Shown here: positions 1 to 14,924 of the stretch, piece after piece
Layout of the letters: each line of letters starts with the position of its first letter
Numbering within the stretch: the stretch's first letter is position 1
Origin: the human T2T-CHM13v2.0 reference genome, Homo sapiens
DNA length: 64,000 nucleotides
Assembly: GCF_009914755.1 (NCBI RefSeq)
Contig: NC_060930.1
Strand: one strand, 5' to 3'
Notes under the pieces: model-generated
What the model was told of the DNA's origin: nothing
Databases searched by the model: none
What the model saw: the letters and a program-made list of their open reading frames with translations, nothing else
Translations under genes and position numbers: made by a program

Positions 1-123
1 TCTACCCATTTAAATATTAACCACATCAGAAAGATGCCTTTACAGCAAAATGTAGATCGGGGTTTGACAGAACAACTGGGGAACATAGCCTCATCAAGTC
101 AATAGATATAATTAACCATCGCA
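1..123 (-). mobile_element. MLT2 (ERVL) LTR 5' end, cut by window edge
   Basis: Reverse complement resembles the MLT2 start TGTGATGGTTAATTTTATGTGTCAACTTG...; ends ATAATTAACCATCGCA. Confidence 0.6.
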
Positions 124-1309
124 TATAGAGAAATTAATTTTACGTTTACTGAGGTTGTATGCTTTTTAAATGTTCAAGATAAGTTTATTACATGCAAGTT
201 TTCCAAACTAGGCAACTACCTGGGGGCATAGTAAACTGTCCAAAATTGAGATATTAAAATAAGTGATTCATTCTTGTAAACATTACAGAATCATGTACTA
301 TTATCTTTCAGAAGTTCAACTGTATGGCTCTGCTGACCTCAGGTAACTGTCTACTGCCTGACTTACAGTGATGTCAAGGCCTGCAGATGGGGAGGCCTGC
401 AGAGCAGCCTGTTGTATGCCTTGCAAAAATACTTGGTAGACAATTTATTTTTTCTCATACAAATGCACTGACCACTTAAGTTACGGTAGAGCCAATTTTG
501 ATGTCTTCAGGTATGTAGGGAAGCATGTCTGGAGCTTGAGATGCCTGGCAATGCATATTTACATTTACTAAATTTAAATTATTAATTTATTTATGATTTA
601 ATAGCATTTGTAGATCAGTGCCCTAGGCAGCTCTAGAGCCAACTTCGCCTAGAACTGGCTCTGTTGCAACATATGAGGTTGGCAAATCTGGCTAAAACAC
701 ATCGAAGGTGACTATTTCCCGAGGAATTCTTTGTCCATGAGGGGACTTCCAAACCATGCCTGATTCACTTCACATCCACCTAAGCTGGAAGTCCTACACT
801 CCTGGCCTGAGCAGAGGGAAATGCTTTGGAGACAGAAATTTAGACAGAGGAAGCCATTCGGAAGGAGACTCCAAGAAGCAATACTTTATTTTTGTCATTT
901 AGATCTAGAAAAAGCCTTGACAAATATGAATGAGGTAATTTTAATGAAAGTTTGTGGTGACAAAAAATAATGAGAAAACCCAAATCATGAAAGAATATAA
1001 ATGAATCAATTTTATATGGCACAGATCAGAGTGTTTTCATAGTCATTTAATAGAATTGGGAGCTGTTTTAGAGTCAACTAATCCAGGCTCCTTGTTCTGA
1101 GCCTAGAGAGGGGCTGTGCTTGACAATTAATTAATTGATTGCTAAACAGTGGCCAAACCAAAACAAAGACCAGGTGTCACAGCTTCCAGCCCAGGGCTTT
1201 TTCTACCATATGTCATGTGAAATTATTCTTTAGTTCTATTCTTTTAGAGAATTCCTTTAAGACTCAGCTTTATAAAAATGCAACTTGGCTTCAAATTATA
1301 AAACTTTTG

Positions 1310-1735
<426 letters not shown>

Positions 1736-1792
1736 CTATTGGATCCCTAGAGTACATCAGCTGACCTCGAGGATGAAGCCTGTCCCTGAACT

Positions 1793-1990
1793 CATTCATT
1801 CAACAAATATTTATTAAGCACTTACTGTGTGCCAGGTAGCATGCAAGGTACTGGGATTACAGACAATTAAGAGATGATTTTTGCTCCAAAGGGGCTTAGT
1901 TTGGTTGGGGAAAATTACAGGTAATCAGATACATTACAATGGTGGTATAGTTGGTGCTGTAATAGTGGAATAATATGAACAGAGGGCTCT
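1793..1990 (-). mobile_element. L2 3' end fragment
   Basis: CATTCATTCAACAAATATTTATTAAGCACTTACTGTGTGCCAGG is the typical antisense L2 terminus. Confidence 0.7.
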
Positions 1991-3226
1991 AGACTCTAAA
2001 TTAAAAAACTGTGACTTCACGAGATCAAAAGAATTCCTTGCAGAATTACCATTTGAAACAATCTACGAACCTGAGTAGTAGTTTATCAGGCAAGTTGGGG
2101 AGAGACCTTCCAGGCATGAGGAAGTGCACATGGGGTGGTATTCAGAGTATGGCTGGGTCAGAAGGCAGGAAAAAGTTGGTAAGGTGGGAAGAGAGGGAAG
2201 AGATAGGGCTTGGAGCCAGCTCTGGAAGGTTCCTAGGCTGTTTGCTGGAGAGTGCTTTTCCAAAGGAAGATTTTACGATGAAGGTAAAAATACATGCAAT
2301 ACAACATTCCATCACAGGTTGTGCCATGTGCCTGTTCCTGAACCAGTCACTGTTGGAAGGGGATCTGGCTCTTTGAAGGAGATTCAGCTCCTTTCTAACC
2401 ACATGAAAATGATTCCCCTTGATAAAGAAGTGCCTTATTAATAGAAGAAGTGTTGAGGAAGGAAGGGGGTCTTATTAGGTGTCCACTATGTGAGGTAGTG
2501 CCAGTAACCTAAGTATTAACTATGCAATATAGATGATAAATGCAAAACAAAAAAAGGAATAATGATGGGACTGCCATCAGAGTTTCCAGAGAAGGTGGGT
2601 GATGACACATACTAGGGTAATATGAAATCCTGTTAATAATAGATGAAACAAAGCCTAATTCTAAAGTAAATCTCCTTTTCAGAAAACTCACACTCTACTT
2701 ACAGAGACTAATTTTTTATGACATTTGCTTTTAGTGGTAATTGCAGTGACTAGACCAGTCCAACATGCAGCTATTAGGAATGAAATATTCTTTTTTGAAC
2801 AAACACTTAGTCTGGAGTCTAAAAGTCAAAGTTGTTATAGCAATATCTCTTTAGATAATAACTACAGAGGCTAATCATTCATCCATAGTTAATGGAGATT
2901 TTAATTAGGCAGCATAATTTCTGAAAACAAGGAGAAAAAGAAACACAAAAACCAGTAGTTCCTGAATATGAGAGTCAGTTCTCTCATCACCAATGTGATG
3001 GGTACCAAATTTATCACAAAAATAATTCCTCCTGACATTTGCATCATGCTTTTATGCTGTCATGTACTAACTCAGTTGATCTTTAGACCATTCCCAGAAA
3101 GCAGGCATCATTATAATCATCTATATTTTATAGATAAGAACACTGAGGCAAAGACAGGTCACACAGTTAATGAAAGGATGACTCTAATTCTCCCACTAGT
3201 GTTTTTCCATAGAAGAACACATGCTC

Positions 3227-3660
<434 letters not shown>

Positions 3661-3786
3661 CTATTCTTTGTGAGTTCTCTCTCCTGTACTGTGTGTATGT
3701 CCTTAAGTTTAGCCTTGAGGCCGAAGTGAGGAAGAAGGAAGGCACTGTGCCTGTCCTCCTGGCATGAGCCTAGTGGAGGAAGTTCA

Positions 3787-4116
<330 letters not shown>

Positions 4117-5023
4117 CTATTCAAGGGGAAGTGATGTGAGTGAGCCCAGCAACAGAAGGTCTTCTGCTTCTATTTACGCTCAGGCTCTAAAGGAAATCTC
4201 TCCTGCAGGCTGGTCCAGCCCTGTGCTGAGTAGCCACATCAAAAAAGCTTGGTGCACAGTGTGATTAGCCACCAGACAGAGAAGGATCCAGTATATCTCC
4301 CTGAGACCCCTTGGTTGCCCATGGCAGGGCAAGACCTGTCTGGGAATATGCTAGTGTCTCAGTGACTGTGCTCCAGGTGGACAGAAAGACCTGGAAGATG
4401 CACAGGGGTCAGAGTCCAAGGTTTCAATTTGGAAATTTTAAGTCTAATTGAGGGCTTTTGCCTTTCTCCATGAATACATATTGCTGATTTTGTTAATTCA
4501 TTTAGCATCTAGGATTTTCTTTGGCAAATTTATTTTGCAGTCATTATGTCTTCACTCTAAAAGCAAAGAATTCCATAATGTCTTTCAGAAGCATTAACTA
4601 GTGTGGGATAAATATGAGGTTATAAGTCAGTGCAAAGAAAACAGTTTCTTTCCAACCAGTTTAATGCTTATTTCCTATGAAATGCTGCTGTTTCTTAAAA
4701 CAAAACAAAACAAAAAGTAGTCACAGTACTGCCACTTGCTCATGTGGCTCTGCATTGTGCCCTAAGAGGTGTTGTACCCAGGTCCCCATGGGAATGGTTT
4801 GCAGTTAGGCTGACACAATCACCAATTCAGAGGTCCAAACAATTACCAGCAGCACTGAACTTGAAACACAATGTAAACATTGACTTACAGACAATATTTA
4901 AACCTGCATTTCTTTCCAGACTTCACCTTAACAAAATATGTTCTCTTCAGCCAGACACTGTCATTCACAGAAACGAAAAACTCCTTTGAGACACACTCTG
5001 TCCTCCCACATGTTCATGTAAGG

Positions 5024-5233
5024 AGGAGTTTCTCAGCCCCAGCGCCATGACTATTTTGGGCTAGATAATTCTTTGTGGTAGGGAGCTGGTCTGCATGGAA
5101 GGGTGTTTAGTAGCAGCCTTGAACTTTATTCACTGGATGCCAGTAGCAATCATCGAAATGGTTCCAGACAGTACCAGATGTCCCCCTGAGTGGGGCAGGG
5201 GGAAGGCAGAATCACTCCTGGTTGAGAATCAGA
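5024..5233 (-). mobile_element. MER20 (hAT-Charlie non-autonomous DNA element)
   Basis: TTTCTCAGCC...GATAATTCTTTG...GGATGCCAGTAGCA...GGTTGAGAA matches the MER20 reverse complement. Confidence 0.75.
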
Positions 5234-5411
5234 GGTGTGCACCCTCATCTGCCTGCTCTTGGTCTACATACAGTATGTCCCAGTTAAGTACTAGGTATTA
5301 TTTATGTAAGAGTGATTTATTTTAAGCAATAATACCCTTTCAGAAATTGCTAACAACTTTGTAACTATATGACAACTTGGTGATCAAAAGTCTACCTTAA
5401 AAAAAAGTTGA

Positions 5412-5710
5412 GGCCGGGCACATTGGCCCACACACTTTGGGAGGTTGAGGTGGGAGGATTGCTTGAGCCAAGGAGTTTGAGACCAGCTTGGGCAACAAAA
5501 CAAGACTCCATCTCTACAAAAATAAAAATGAAAAAATTAGTTGGGTATAGTGGTGCATGCCTGTCATCCCAGATACTCGGAAGGCTGAGGTGGCAGGGTC
5601 ACTTGAGCCCAGAAGATTGGCTGTAATGAGCCATGATTGTACCACTGCACTCCAGCCTGGGTGACAGAACCAGATCCCATTTCATTAAAAAAAAAAAAAA
5701 AAAAAAAAAA
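5412..5710 (+). mobile_element. AluJ
   Basis: GGGAGGATTGCTTGAGCC (AluJ-type), poly(A) tail, TSD AAAAAAGTTG. Confidence 0.9.
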
Positions 5711-6146
5711 GTTGTTCACTGTCTTCCTCTTGGGGGGCCTAGTCCCTTCCCTTTCTTGGCCCAGCCTTAGCCCTACTCCAGGTTCAGTCGGCAGTTCAGG
5801 GGTGCTTGGCTAGTGGGTGGTTGTAGGTGTGGAAGCCTGTGAGGGAGTCGGTGGAGAAAGAAGGGGGCAAAGTCCTGGCCTCTGGCAAAGTCCATATTTG
5901 CTTCATTCTCTGTAGAATTCAGTTAATTATCAGTATAATTACCATGATAATCAAGGCCTTCAAAAACTTCAGTTAATCCTTAGAAACTATCCCATCTGTT
6001 TACTCCAGTATGCTAGGCAAAGTCTATCATTTTTAACGTGTGCCATGGCAAGAAAAAGTTTTGGGAATCATTGAAGTACCTATTCAGAAGGACTTCCTTA
6101 GCTCTCAGAGAGCTAGGTGCAGTGCGAGTTTAAAATGCAGGCTCCT

Positions 6147-6460
6147 GGCTGGGTGTGGTGGCTCATGCCTGTAATCCTAGCACTTTGGGAGTCCGAGGCC
6201 GGTGGATCACCTGAGCTCAGGAGTTCGAGACCAGCCTGACCAACATGGCAAAACCCGGTCTCTACTAAAAAAAAAAAAAATACAAAAATTAGCCGGGCAT
6301 GGTGGCGGGTGCCTGTAATCCCAGCTACTTAGGAAGCTGAGGCAGCATAATTGCTTGAACCTGGGAAGGCAGAGGTTGCAGTGGGCCGGGATGGCACCAT
6401 TGTACTCCAGCCTGGGAGACAAGAGCAAAACTCCATCTTAAAAAATAAAATAAAATAAAA
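6147..6460 (+). mobile_element. AluSp/Sq inserted in a MER5-like fragment
   Basis: Alu dimer; TSD AAAATGCAGGCTCCT on both sides; flank resembles MER5 (AATCTGCATCTTAA). Confidence 0.9.
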
Positions 6461-7606
6461 TAAAATGCAGGCTCCTGGCTCTCATGCCAGACCAATTGCA
6501 TCAAAGTCTCATAGTTTGGAGACCTGGAAATCTGCATCTTAAAAATTATTACATTATAGTTTTTTAATATTATGAAAAAAGTATTCCTACTTTTCCTTCG
6601 CAGTCTAGAGCTCAAAACTGAAAACACGGGAGAGTAACAAGCAAAAAGACTTTTCCTTAGGGGTTTCTCTACATCCAGTTTCTAATGGGTTACTTGCTCA
6701 CAAGCAGCAGCAGAATTACTGTCTATTTCCTCCCCAGTCCGCTGGAGGGCTTCGTTATTTTCCTGTTAAAATCCAAAAAGATGGGGACTCTTATCCAGAA
6801 ATGACATTTTGATTATTTGACTGAATTTCCCCCCAAAATCAATACCCTGGGCTGTATACATCTGCAGCCTTTTAATCTTTTTTTTTCTGAAAATCAATAT
6901 GCTGGGCTCAACTAGTTAAAAAATGAGAACTGAAACAAACAGCTGGATTCATTTAAGACATTTCCTTTTCATTTCAACCTGAAATAAACTTTTCAGCAGA
7001 TTGTCTTTGTGGCAGTTGGAGGCCAACATAAATTTCAACAGTGGGTTGCTTGCCTTTAAGAAACCAAGACTTCCTGGTGCTCCTGCCAACAAAGCCTTCC
7101 TCGGGAGTTGGCAGGCGCTCTGCAAAGCACCAGGCTCTGTCAGTGTGCACAGAAGGGGGACGCCTGCTTTCGGAGAAGATGTGACCAATTCAGATATAGC
7201 CTGGCAGGAGGACTCTGAGGACATGGCTCACAAGTTGTTACCTGATATCATATCCTGCTACTCAGCATGGCCCCCTGCCCAATTCCTCATTGTTCCTCTC
7301 TATTGTATACCTCCTACTTGGGCAATAGCAGAGAACTAATTTTTTAAAGGGAAAAAAAAAAAAAGGTGAGAACATGCTGTGAAAATCTCTATTGACTGTG
7401 CAAAAGCAGTGTTTGTCCTCGTTTCTCAAACCTCAGCTTTTGTTCAGGTTTATAATTTTCTCAGTGGGAACAAAGCTGCCTAGATTGCCAAAGGATTTTT
7501 GCCCTGAATCCAATGCAGGTATGCCCGTGACTCTATCTATGGATACCACCCAACAAAGTGAGATAAAAAAACACAGACGAGCAGGGTGATCATTGTGCTT
7601 GTTAAC

Positions 7607-8173
7607 TTATTCAACAAATATGTATACTGGATATCGGTTGTGGGTCAGACTCTGTGTTGGATGCTGGAGACACAATGGAAAACAAAAGAGACGGGATCTC
7701 CACCCTCACTGGGCTCATTGATGTTAATCAGACAATTGCTCAAATAGACACAAAAGCCCCTGTGAGAGGGGCCATGAAGAAGGGGTGCAAGAGATTGTGG
7801 GAACTGTCTTCAGGGATTTGGCCTGGCCGGGAGGTCAGGAAAGGCCTCCCGAGAAAATGAGGACTGATTGAGAGCTGCAGGGTAGGAAAAGGAGAAAGGA
7901 ATAGGGGGGTAGTAGCATTTGTTTGACAGAGAAAAGTGAGTGTTTCCCTGTGGTGGGGATTGCATGATGGCATGCCACCTTTGAGGAACAAGGTGTAAGT
8001 GGTTGGGATACAGAGAGCCAATGAGGCTGTGACCAGAAACGAGACTAGAGTCAGACCCAAGGGCCAGACCATGCAGGTCCTGGTTTAGCGTTAGGTCTTT
8101 GTCCTATGAGCAGTGAGCATATATATCATCAATAGGTTTTTGCAGCAGTGTGGTAGGACCAAATTTGTTTTAG
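7607..8173 (-). mobile_element. L2 fragment
   Basis: TTATTCAACAAATA start; GGTCAGGAAAGGCCTC and GGGCCAGACCATGCAGG L2 motifs. Confidence 0.7.
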
Positions 8174-8177
8174 ATCT

Positions 8178-8673
8178 TAGAGGAGAGGCCAAATTTACCT
8201 CTACCCTCTTAGAGTTTTTCAGCTGAGCCTGCAAATTAAACTGACATAAGACCGATACACAGAAAAGCATACACGTTTATTTAATATAAGTTTTATGTGA
8301 TATGGGAGTGCTTCATAGGGAAATGAAAACCCAACGTGGCACAACCTAAATGCTTTTATACTAGCTTGAATAAAGTGGCAATTGTGGAACAATAACTAAA
8401 CTATGTGGAAAGGCTAAAGGAAGATATGAATGAGTTTAACAAGGTCTGTTTTACAAAATTTCCTCACTTTCAACTTCCTGTCCTTGGTAAGAATGTTATT
8501 TTCCTCCTGGTAAAAGAATTGCACATATGGGGGTTTTGGCTCTTGCTTTTGGGAAGAAAAATGTAGGGTCAGAGCATTTGTACCTGCTGCTTTTATTTTT
8601 ATGTGCCTTTAGCTCAAAATATTCCTTATGCCAAAGTGGCATACTTCGAGGTGGCATATTCTGCCACCCTTCA
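8178..8673 (-). mobile_element. MER34-group ERV1 solo LTR
   Basis: Reverse complement starts TGAAGGGTGGCAGAATATGCCACC...TTTGGCATAAGGAATATTTTGAGCTA. Confidence 0.65.
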
Positions 8674-8759
8674 ATCATTCTCTGCTTATGAGCTGAAACC
8701 TGGGCTCCATGACTTCCTGGCATGCCATTCGATGCACATTTGAAAGCAGAAGGTATCCG

Positions 8760-9283
8760 TGTGAGGTAAATCGAATATGTCACCCAAAAATATGCTTCTT
8801 TGGGATAAAAAATTTTAAGCTAAAGAAGCAGCAACTGGAGGAAAAGCACTCTATATACGCCCCCTTTTTTGTCTAAAGACAGGATATAAATTATTTTTTA
8901 CTGGAGACAACTGTAGACCCTTAGGAGCTCAGAGACAGCACCAGAGGAATCAGTAAACCAACCTTATTGCATTAGTTTTCTCCATCTGTTTACCGTCCTA
9001 CAGTTTCCCACCTTGGAAGACTAAATCTACTTTCCTTCATCCTGTTATTTTTCTACAAATGTATTTTCTTTATTGAAGATGATATATAAGTGGAATTTGA
9101 AACCATTTTGAGTTACTTTTCACTGAGGTGTCTCTTGAATAATGTGTTATGATGCACGTTAATAAACTAATAAACTTGCTAATAAACTTGTTTGTTTTTT
9201 TCTTGTTAATGGGTCTTTTGATACAGGGTTCTTTCCCATCTAAGATCTAAGATTGGGAGAGGTAAATTTTAACTTCTCCTGCA
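8760..9283 (+). mobile_element. MER34-group ERV1 solo LTR
   Basis: TG...GAATATGTCACCCAAAAATATGC start, AATAAA near 9181, ends CTCCTGCA. Confidence 0.6.
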
Positions 9284-9529
9284 CTTGTTAGTGCTTTAGT
9301 TAATTATCTATTCTAGACTTGGAGTAACTAGGATAAAAGTGTCCTTTAAAAAATAAAATTCAGAAATATTGATAGCCAATATGTTGAGTTCTCTCACTGA
9401 CCTCAGCAGATGAAATGAACTGATGTGTCAACTCATTAAGGAAATTACTTGGATCTTGGTGTAGGCGGGCACATACTCTACATGCAATGTTAACTAAAGA
9501 TGGACAGCTAATGAGATTGTTTCCTAGGT

Positions 9530-9916
9530 CGTTGTTGAAAATAGGGTCGTTGCAGATGTAATTAGTTAAGGATATTGAGATAAATTAATCCTGGATTTAA
9601 GGTGGGCCCTAAATCCAAAGACTGATGTCTTTATAAGAGAAAGGAGAGACAGGACACAGAGAGACACAGACAGAAGAAGGCCGTTTGAAGACAAGAGGCA
9701 GAGGTTGGAATGATGCTGTTGCAAGCGAAGGAATGCTAGAAGGCACCAGAAGCTGAGAAAGGAAAGGAAAGATTCTCCCCCAGAGCCTTTGGAGAGACCC
9801 TGCTGACACCTCAGTTTTGGACTTCTGAGCTCCTAAACTGAGACAGAATACATTTCTGTGTTTTAAGGCACCAAATTTGTGGTAATTTGTTATGGCAGCC
9901 ATGAAAAACGAATTCG
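9530..9916 (+). mobile_element. MLT1C-like MaLR LTR
   Basis: TTGCAGATGTAATTAGTTAAG...GGGCCCTAAATCC...GGTAATTTGTTATGGCAGCC. Confidence 0.8.
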
Positions 9917-10610
9917 GGGTGCAAATGGGCTCCCACCTCCAAGACTACACTACAATTATTGAAAATTTTTAGACCGGCAAGGAAACATTACAAAACAGCT
10001 TTGTTGGTACAATTTTAAGTTTTTACATAGTTTTCTTTTCTAAGTAAAACAAAAGTAAGTTTCTCATGGTTCATATTGCCTGCCTTAGTATTTGACAGAG
10101 GAGTTTTACATATTTGTCATAGATTAAAAAAGAAACAAACACCAAATCCTCTTTATTTTAAACCTAAAGTAATGGACAACTTTTGGTTCAAACTGCACAG
10201 GTAATTTAAAATAAATTGTATTGCATTAACTAATATGAATGCCGTTTTGAGACCATGTTAAATTAATGTAAATCTTGTTAAAGATCAAGTGAGCAGACAA
10301 ACAAAAATGACAACGGTCACTCTGGCTGCAACAAGGAACACAGATTGGAAGGAGTCAAGGCCGGAGACAAAAGTCTGCACTGGAAGGAGTTAAGGGTTTT
10401 AGCGTGTTTGCGGGTTGGGGGAATTCAGGTTCTGTGTGCAGGGAGAAGCCCAGTTGGGGGTGGCCTGGATCCTGAATAGAGTACGGGGTCTGTTTGTGAC
10501 ATGAACAAGACCCAGAGCCCGGAGAGAGTGAGGCTGCTTCAGGTAAGCGGACCAAGACAAAGAGCATCTCCTGAGGGACCATGGCAGCCTGGATACCAAG
10601 GGTCTTTTTT

Positions 10611-10835
10611 TTTTTCTGTTTTAATTTTTAAATTTTGTGGGTACATAGTAGATGTATATATTTATGGGGTAGATGGGAAATTTTCATTCAGGTATGGAAT
10701 GTGTGATAATCACATCAGGGTAAATGGGGTGCCCATCGCCTCAAGCATTTATCTTTTGTGTTATGAGCAATACGATTATACTCTTTCAGTTATTATTTTT
10801 AAATGAACACTAAATTATTATTGACCATAGTCACA
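10611..10835 (-). mobile_element. L1MA 3' end, 5'-truncated, TSD preserved
   Basis: Antisense L1MA 3'UTR (GTGGGTACATAGTAG...CCTCAAGCATTTATC); TSD AAGGGTCTTTTT at 10598 and 10836. Confidence 0.8.
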
Positions 10836-11604
10836 AAGGGTCTTTTTTCAGGCATCGTTCTCTGGGCTCAGTGCTCCATTTAATTTAGTTTAGAAAAGTA
10901 AAATAATTTGAATTTTAATAATAGTGACTTGCATATACCCAACATTATAGAGCCCCATCATATTGGCTATGTAAAGCTTTTTGTGAAGTTTACACTTTTG
11001 GGATGAGACTCTAAATAAACTTCTTAGCACAGACATACACATAAAAGGAGGTAATCACTGGTTTAGGCTCAGGACATTCTCCACTAATGATTCCACCAGT
11101 CATAATTGCTTCTGCTTCCTCCCACTCTGTTTTTTCTGGCTTCCCTCATTGTGGCCGTGTGTCCTTTCTGCCCTGTTTTGTTGCTCATCGGCTCCTCTTC
11201 CAGATGGTCAGTTCCCTAAAGGCAAGTTGTAGGAGAGCTGATCACTGCCCTCTCAGTCACCTTTGTAGATCCGGAGTTCATCAGTTAAGTTAAACCTACA
11301 TAGATGCTTGCAATCACATAGTGTATCCGTGGAAGGGGGCACGAGAAACTGATGGTGACATTGTATCTGGGGAGGAGATCTGACTGGCTGGGGTCCAGGG
11401 TGAAAAGATGCTTCTCTCACTCTATATGTTTTGAATGCCTTAATTTCTTTTAAGTGTATGTATTGCTTTTACTCTAAAAAGTAAATAAATACTAAGCAAA
11501 TAGCAGAGATACCATTTCAAGATAGGCATTTATTCCATGCTTCAACCAGGTGACCCAAATTCCTATAACTTTTTCATAAAGTACCATTTCCCAACCATTT
11601 TATA

Positions 11605-11795
11605 TACATTTACTCATTTAGTTCTTATAGCAACCACATGTAGTAAATGCTACTATTATCCTCATTCTACAGATGATGAAACTGAGGCACAGAAAGATTA
11701 AACAACTTGCCGAAGGTTTCAGAGCTATTAAATAGCAGCATCGGGGTGAGATCTCAGACAGTCTGAGTCCAGAGCCTGCACTCTTGGCCACCATA
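11605..11795 (-). mobile_element. MIR
   Basis: MIR core ATTCTACAGATGATGAAACTGAGGCACAGA. Confidence 0.85.
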
Positions 11796-12423
11796 GACTG
11801 CCTCGCCTGTGACTGCTCTGCATGGTTCTGCAGTTGTTTCATAGCTTTCCTTTGTTCTTTGATTCCATGGCTAGGAACATCTGGGTAAGTTTGTTGGAAT
11901 GGAATCTCCAAGAGTGTGTTTTACCTGAGGGACTAATGGTCCTCTTGAGAAAGAAGGCAAAGGAGGAGAGGGAAGAGCCGAGCTTGGTTAAATGAATGCC
12001 TCAGGTCTGTCTCTCAGATTACCTTCCAGATTGGCCCCTGGGGCATTGTGCCTTAGACATTTGGTGAGCAGGCTGTGATGTATTGCCTGCTAAACTGAAA
12101 AGGGCTGCGACAGGGGAAGCACTTGCACCTCTATCAGTTGCAGGAGATGGTGATGGAAGGGTAGGAAGATGCGACACCCAGTGTTGGAGTCTCTCTGCTC
12201 AGCACCAGCCCTAGTTGCTTTGACTTGGGCATGGTGGGTGTCAGCAGCGAAGCTGATCTCAACAGCAAAGTTGCAACGTTTCCTATCATCAGTGACAAGA
12301 CCTGCTCTATTGTGAAGCAGAACAGGCAGAGTCAAATGGCGACTGCCGTAGCTAAGGGAATTAGCTTGGGAAAGTACATGAAATACTTGTGGGAATTCCT
12401 GGAGATACTTGGAAGGAATTTCA

Positions 12424-12875
<452 letters not shown>

Positions 12876-14159
12876 TTATAGAGCCTGAATATTATACAAT
12901 TTGGGAGGCCCTTGTCAAGGATAGAAAATTATGAACATAAAATCAGGTACAGGGCCTTGGGAGAGGCCCAGGCAAGAGCTACACTAGTTTCAGCACATTC
13001 ACATCTGTAGAGGTAGGAAGTGTCAATAATACCTGAATGTATACCACATCATGGATTCCTCAACCTGCTTCGCTCAGCTATGGGTTTTGAAAGAGTCTCT
13101 TTCTGAGAAAGAAAACAAAATAACATAAAACATAACTTAATGTAAGAGTCAAAGTTGCAAATGGTGTTCTTTGTCACAAAGCTTCAGTGTGTTGAGTAGT
13201 GTGGAAACTATTGTAACTGCCACCTCCAGCAGAAATGTGTCCCTAACATCATCTTACAATTGAAGGTGGAAGTATCTTCTGCTGAGTAGCAGATTGAAGG
13301 TCATGCCAAGAGAAAACCAATTATCAAGTGTGAAATGCACTGATGCTTAATACTTTTTATAAACATAAAGCAAATTGTTCCAGAAAGGACCCATTTGCAA
13401 TATGAAAAAGCCCTTAAATAATGACTTTCTAACGACTTTCTATGGACGTCGTACACTTTAGCGTTCATCTCTTGTTGAAGAGGCCAAAGTTGATGAAACT
13501 ATCCATTGAGCATTACCTGAGAACTAAAGCCATGAGAATTCTCATTTGGTAACTGTAATGACATAATAACTGGCAGTGATGGGAAATGTTAGGTAATTGT
13601 AGATTTAAATGAATCCTTGGTCAAATCTGTGTAGCCAAAGTGAAGAAGAAAAACTGTAACACTGGATTTCAACACTTTTTTCCTATATAATCGTTTCTCA
13701 ATATTGCTAATAAATGTCTCACATTTTGGTTCCATCCATATTATTAATCTGGAGGCAATTCAAGCTAAGGGAAGTTTCTGCTTAGGTTCTGCTCTCCAGC
13801 TTCCTCCAGCCCAGCCTCCGTTCTTGTTGCTTGAGTAATTGTTACTATCCTATTGTTCCACTTAAAATCATTTGGAACTCTCAGTGTGACACACAGGTTT
13901 CTCACTTGGGGACCAGCCTCTGCCCCTGGCTAAGCCCCTCTGGAGCTCCTGCCCACCCTTGCTGAATGACCTCCAGCTTCTGGCCCTCCAGCAGTTTGCT
14001 GCCTGGAGCTGGGAATGTCCATTCCCGGTTCCTGGCATACAATTATTCATTTGAGATTCAGCTCCAGTGATGCTTTCTGGTAATTTTTTTCAGAGGAGCG
14101 ATCATATTTTTTCTATATCCCTTCTCCCCCATGGACCTCTGCCCAAAGCACATTGAAAT

Positions 14160-14660
14160 CCTTAGATAATTACTTGTTTATTTGCCAATCTCCCCCTTCT
14201 AGTCTATAAAATCCTAAAAGACAGAGGAGATCTGAGACCATGCGTATGTCACATTGTTTTTTCTGTATCATCACTACTTAGTTTGTGCTGGATACATACT
14301 GGGCACCTAATAAACATTTGATGAGTCATTAAGTAATGAATTGGAGCAGAACTTTGAGATAAAAAGTATCATCTTGGTTCCCAAATAAGCCATCCTTCAG
14401 TGTCTGTGCAAATGCCACCCTATGTAAAATGACATCCCTCCTCTTGCCCACTGGCACTTCCATAACCTGCTTTGTTTTCCTCAATAACATGTTATATATT
14501 TTTATATATATTTTTGATTGTCTCTGTGTCCCTGAACTCCCTATGAGAATGCAAGCGCTATAAGATTTAAAAACAACAGTGAAAGGACTGCTTGTTAATT
14601 TCTATTCCTAGCCCTGAGAACAGTTCCTGGCAGTCAGAACATTTTTATTGAATGAAATTC
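14160..14660 (+). mobile_element. Two L2 3'-end fragments
   Basis: GGCACCTAATAAACATTTG and ATTTTTATTGAATGAA termini. Confidence 0.55.
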
Positions 14661-14717
14661 ATACAGTGATTCTCAGCCATTCATATCCTAAGAAAAGAGA
14701 ATTAGAGTTACATAGGG

Positions 14718-14907
14718 GTAAGTTGCCAGATATAGCAAATAAAAAAACTAGATGCCCAATTAAATTGGAATATCAGCTAAACAATGAATAATTTTTTAGT
14801 ATAAGTATGTTCCATTGAATATTTAGGATATTTACACTAAAAATTATTTTCTGTTTATCTAAAATTCAAATTTAGTTGTATGCCTTGCAGTTTATCTGGC
14901 AATCCTA
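14718..14907. mobile_element. MER53 palindromic MITE
   Basis: GTTGCCAGAT...ATCTGGCAAT inverted ends; centre TTTTTAGTATAAGTATGTTCC...; whole element self-complementary. Confidence 0.85.
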
Positions 14908-14924
14908 ATTAGGGGGACCTTTTC

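Noticed and set aside
5024-5233. MER20 as a progesterone-responsive enhancer
   Set aside because: This is only a family-level association; nothing in this diverged copy supports activity
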